A stretch of DNA of 64,000 nt from NCBI RefSeq assembly GCF_006345805.1, contig NC_042997.1:142972001-143036000 (forward strand), in the 5' to 3' direction. Under the pieces are notes generated by a model. It did no database searches. It was not told the DNA's origin and worked only from the letters and a program-made list of their open reading frames with translations. Positions 61,088 to 64,000 of the stretch are shown here, one piece after another. The first letter of the stretch is position 1; each line of letters opens with the position of its first letter. The position numbers and the translations under genes were made by a program. This DNA comes from Octopus sinensis (taxonomy: Eukaryota).

Positions 61088-61292
61088 CATAACAACAATA
61101 ATAATAATTATGATGATAATAAAAATAATAATTATGATGATGATAATAAAAATAATAATTATGATGATAATAATAAAAATAATAATTATGATGATAATAA
61201 TAAAAATAATTATTATGATGATAATAATAAAAATTATAATTACGATGATGATGATAATAAAAATAATAATTATGATGATAATAATAATGAAT
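61088..61292. repeat. (AAT)/(GAT)-derived minisatellite with a 27-bp unit
   Basis: AAAAATAATAATTATGATGATAATAAT-type unit, about 7 copies. Confidence 0.9.
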
Positions 61293-62197
61293 ACTAAAAC
61301 AAAGAAAGAAGAGACTTTTCTCTTTTCAATGTAAATTTGAAAGCTGGGGAAAAGTACAATGAGGTTTGTGCTTTCAACAGCTGCAACTTTGATAATGCCT
61401 ATATTGGACTGCCACAGTTGCATTGTTTATTAATCAAAATATGAAATCTGCATAATAATCTTGTAGTGTTTAACGTTCTACTTTTGTGAAAACTTAAATT
61501 CATTTTGTATTATTTTTGTCTATGACAAACAGATACAAATTAGTTTCACCAAAGAATGCCAAGTGTAATTATTCTTGTTTATGTTAGTGATTGCAAAATT
61601 ATTTGGTTTTTAATTCACTGGATATTGTCATTGTCATTTGACGTCCATCTTCCATGTTGGCATGGGTTGAACACAGTTTGACAAGAGCTAGCAAGCCAGA
61701 GAGCTGCACCATGCCCATTGTCTGGTTTGGCATGGTTTCTATGGCTGGACCAACCATTTTATGGAGTGATTTTTATGTGGCACCTGCACTGGTGTATTTT
61801 TGTGTGGCACCAACACCAGCAGGATTGCCAAGTAACTTGTGAGACAAAGACCCCTCAGCTGGGAGAAGTGGTTGTGTGCCTGGTGAGAGGTTAGAGTATT
61901 ATAGAGGTATAAAGATAGGTGTCTTACTATAGAGGAGATGTGCAGTGTAAATTTGCTTATAGGAGTGCAATAGAAGTAATAGTGGAAAAGCTAGCAAACA
62001 GATAGTGCATAAGTTATAAAATATGTTGTGAACTCTTAAACCATGGTTCTACAACGAAAAAAAAAATTTAATATTTTCATTCACAGTTAGTAAAAGCTTG
62101 ATGGTCAGAGAAGGCTAGCATGTAGATTCATCTGGCCCATAACATTTGTTAAACAAATCAAGATGATAGCTGAAAACATTTGCCATGTCCTTTACAG

Positions 62198-62493
62198 CAG
62201 TACTTCTCAAACTATCTAATGTGACTGGTTGACAGTTTTTTGTTTTTTTTCCAATGTACCAAGGACCGGTTATATTTCTTAGTAATATTAATTTATACTG
62301 GAAACAATATATATAATGAATATAATAAAATTTGAGAATTTTTTTTATCTTATATTTATTTTGTAAACTAGTAATACAATATTACATAAGCATTTTATAA
62401 TGTTTCTTCCTTTTCTGGAAACTCTCTGCATACTAGCAGCTGATGGCTCATGGACCGGCACTGGCCTGCAGACTACCACTTTGAGTAGCACTG
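62198..62493. mobile_element. hAT-type MITE with perfect 8-bp TSD
   Basis: CAGTACTTCTCAAA...TTTGAGTAGCACTG; CTTTACAG at 62190-62197 and 62494-62501. Confidence 0.88.
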
Positions 62494-64000
62494 CTTTACA
62501 GAATCAAGCCAACCAATTTCCAACAGCTACTCTCTTTAGTTTCTTTCTTGCAACCTATGCAATTTAGTTGGCAATGAGTCTTATTGGTATGGGTGCATAG
62601 TATTGAAAATAATTGCAGTCCTGCAACATATCTATTACTTGTTTCATTCCTTGGTCTGTGGCCATACTGGGGCATCTCCTTGAAAGGTTTAGTCTGGTAC
62701 TTATTCTATCAGTCTATTTTTAACCAAACCTCTAAGTTATGGAGATGTAAACCACTGCTTGTCAAGCAATGGTGGGAGACAAACACATTTACGCATACAT
62801 ACATATATATGATGAGCTTCCACACAGTTTCCATTTACCAAATTCACTCTCATGACATTGGTTGGCCTTGGGCTATAGCAGAAAACAACTCTTACCCAAG
62901 GTGCCATTTGGCAGGACTGAACTTGAATCCATATAGTTACAAAGCGGGCTTTTTAACCTCAGTCATGCCTGCACCTCTATATGCAATCTATAGTTGTCTC
63001 AGCCCAGTGATGGGGCATGTATGCTTTCACTTGACCTGTTAGAAATAAGTCAAATACCTCAAATTAAACCCTGCTGTCCTAAAAAAGAAGGAAATACACT
63101 CCTTATAGTCTTAGATAAAAAAAAATACCAAAAATATAGTCCATTTGATGAGAGGTTTTCTCAGCTAGGGTTAACCTGGACTAAAGTCCAACAATCTGTA
63201 CTTGTCTATGAATAAGAGTTACACTTCTCAGCATTAAAAGTGTCAAGTGAAGCTCTGGTCCTATTATTAATTGCATATGTTAATTAGTAATGTGAACATC
63301 AACAAAAAAACATACATTATAGATCTTTTTTTAAAAGCTACTCATACACACAGTGTGACACACTTATTAAAAACCATCTGGGATATCACTGAAATGAGAC
63401 AGCAAGTTGATTTTTTAGATAAGAGAAAGTCATGGGAAGGTAAGAAGTTTTAGTCTGTGTGGGTGGTGTAGATGAAGAAGACCTGAAGTGACAATACATT
63501 TAATCTCTACAGTCCTCTACATACACACTGATATGTGTGTATGTGTGTGTGTGCCGGGTTGCAAACTGGTTTAGAAATTTGCTCTACAACTAGGAAATCT
63601 TTGCTTTTGATTCCACTGTATGCATTGGCAAGTGTCATCTTCTTTAGCCTCAAGTCAACCCCATTGTTTGTGAGTGAACTTGATTAGACACAAACTGTGC
63701 AAGTTGACTAGATTGTACCTGTTGTTTAGTTCCAAGAAGACCAATAATCAGATGTTCCATTCCTCACTATCTTTATTTTACCCTTTTTGTTTTGCTGTAA
63801 TAATAATATCCAGAACTACATTATCTTTTTTTGTCTTTTTCTTTTACTTGTTTCAGTCATTAGATGGTGGCCATTCTGGGGCACTAGTCAAATTAATTAA
63901 TCAGCCCCAGTACTTATTTAAAACCTGGTACTTACTTTATTGGTCTCTTTTGCCAAACTTCTAAATTACAGGGATGTAAACATACCAACACTGCTTGACA

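Noticed and set aside
60965-61423. NNNYDDNNK repeat and poly-Ile ORFs
   Set aside because: AAT-derived minisatellite without stops in several frames; no supporting gene structure.

Overview
AT-rich, repeat-dense eukaryotic DNA with no long intact ORF. The SINE and LINE families look like those of Octopus or another coleoid cephalopod; this is recognition from memory, not a database result. Most of the window is tRNA-derived SINEs, 5'-truncated LINE ends (CR1/L2-group and RTE), Penelope-like remnants, dead mariner and Tigger/pogo transposons, several MITE classes, two non-autonomous Helitrons and many microsatellites. The long ORFs in the track are microsatellite artefacts or LINE debris. The best non-repeat signal is a chain of canonical plus-strand splice sites at 31.4-37.1 kb, inside a CpG-retaining block (about 29.9-43.3 kb). 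Spliced, it reads as a small secreted peptide precursor built from short phase-2 exons (MGTKTQIVKFCFLLILCLTSHAYS/FPDHCIRFPFNILVCRFYNRGRWSSS...), with an unresolved 3' end and candidate micro-exons. Other notable signals are two copies of a minimal hammerhead-ribozyme-like motif, three unrelated fold-back palindromes embedded in (TA)n (one has a 144-bp near-perfect arm), a TIR element carrying (CCCTAA)11, a template-switch triplication, and a LINE whose 3' end matches the tail of the dominant SINE. No CRISPR array, rRNA or true tRNA gene is supported. All coordinates were read by hand, and element edges not fixed by a TSD, TIR or splice site are approximate.
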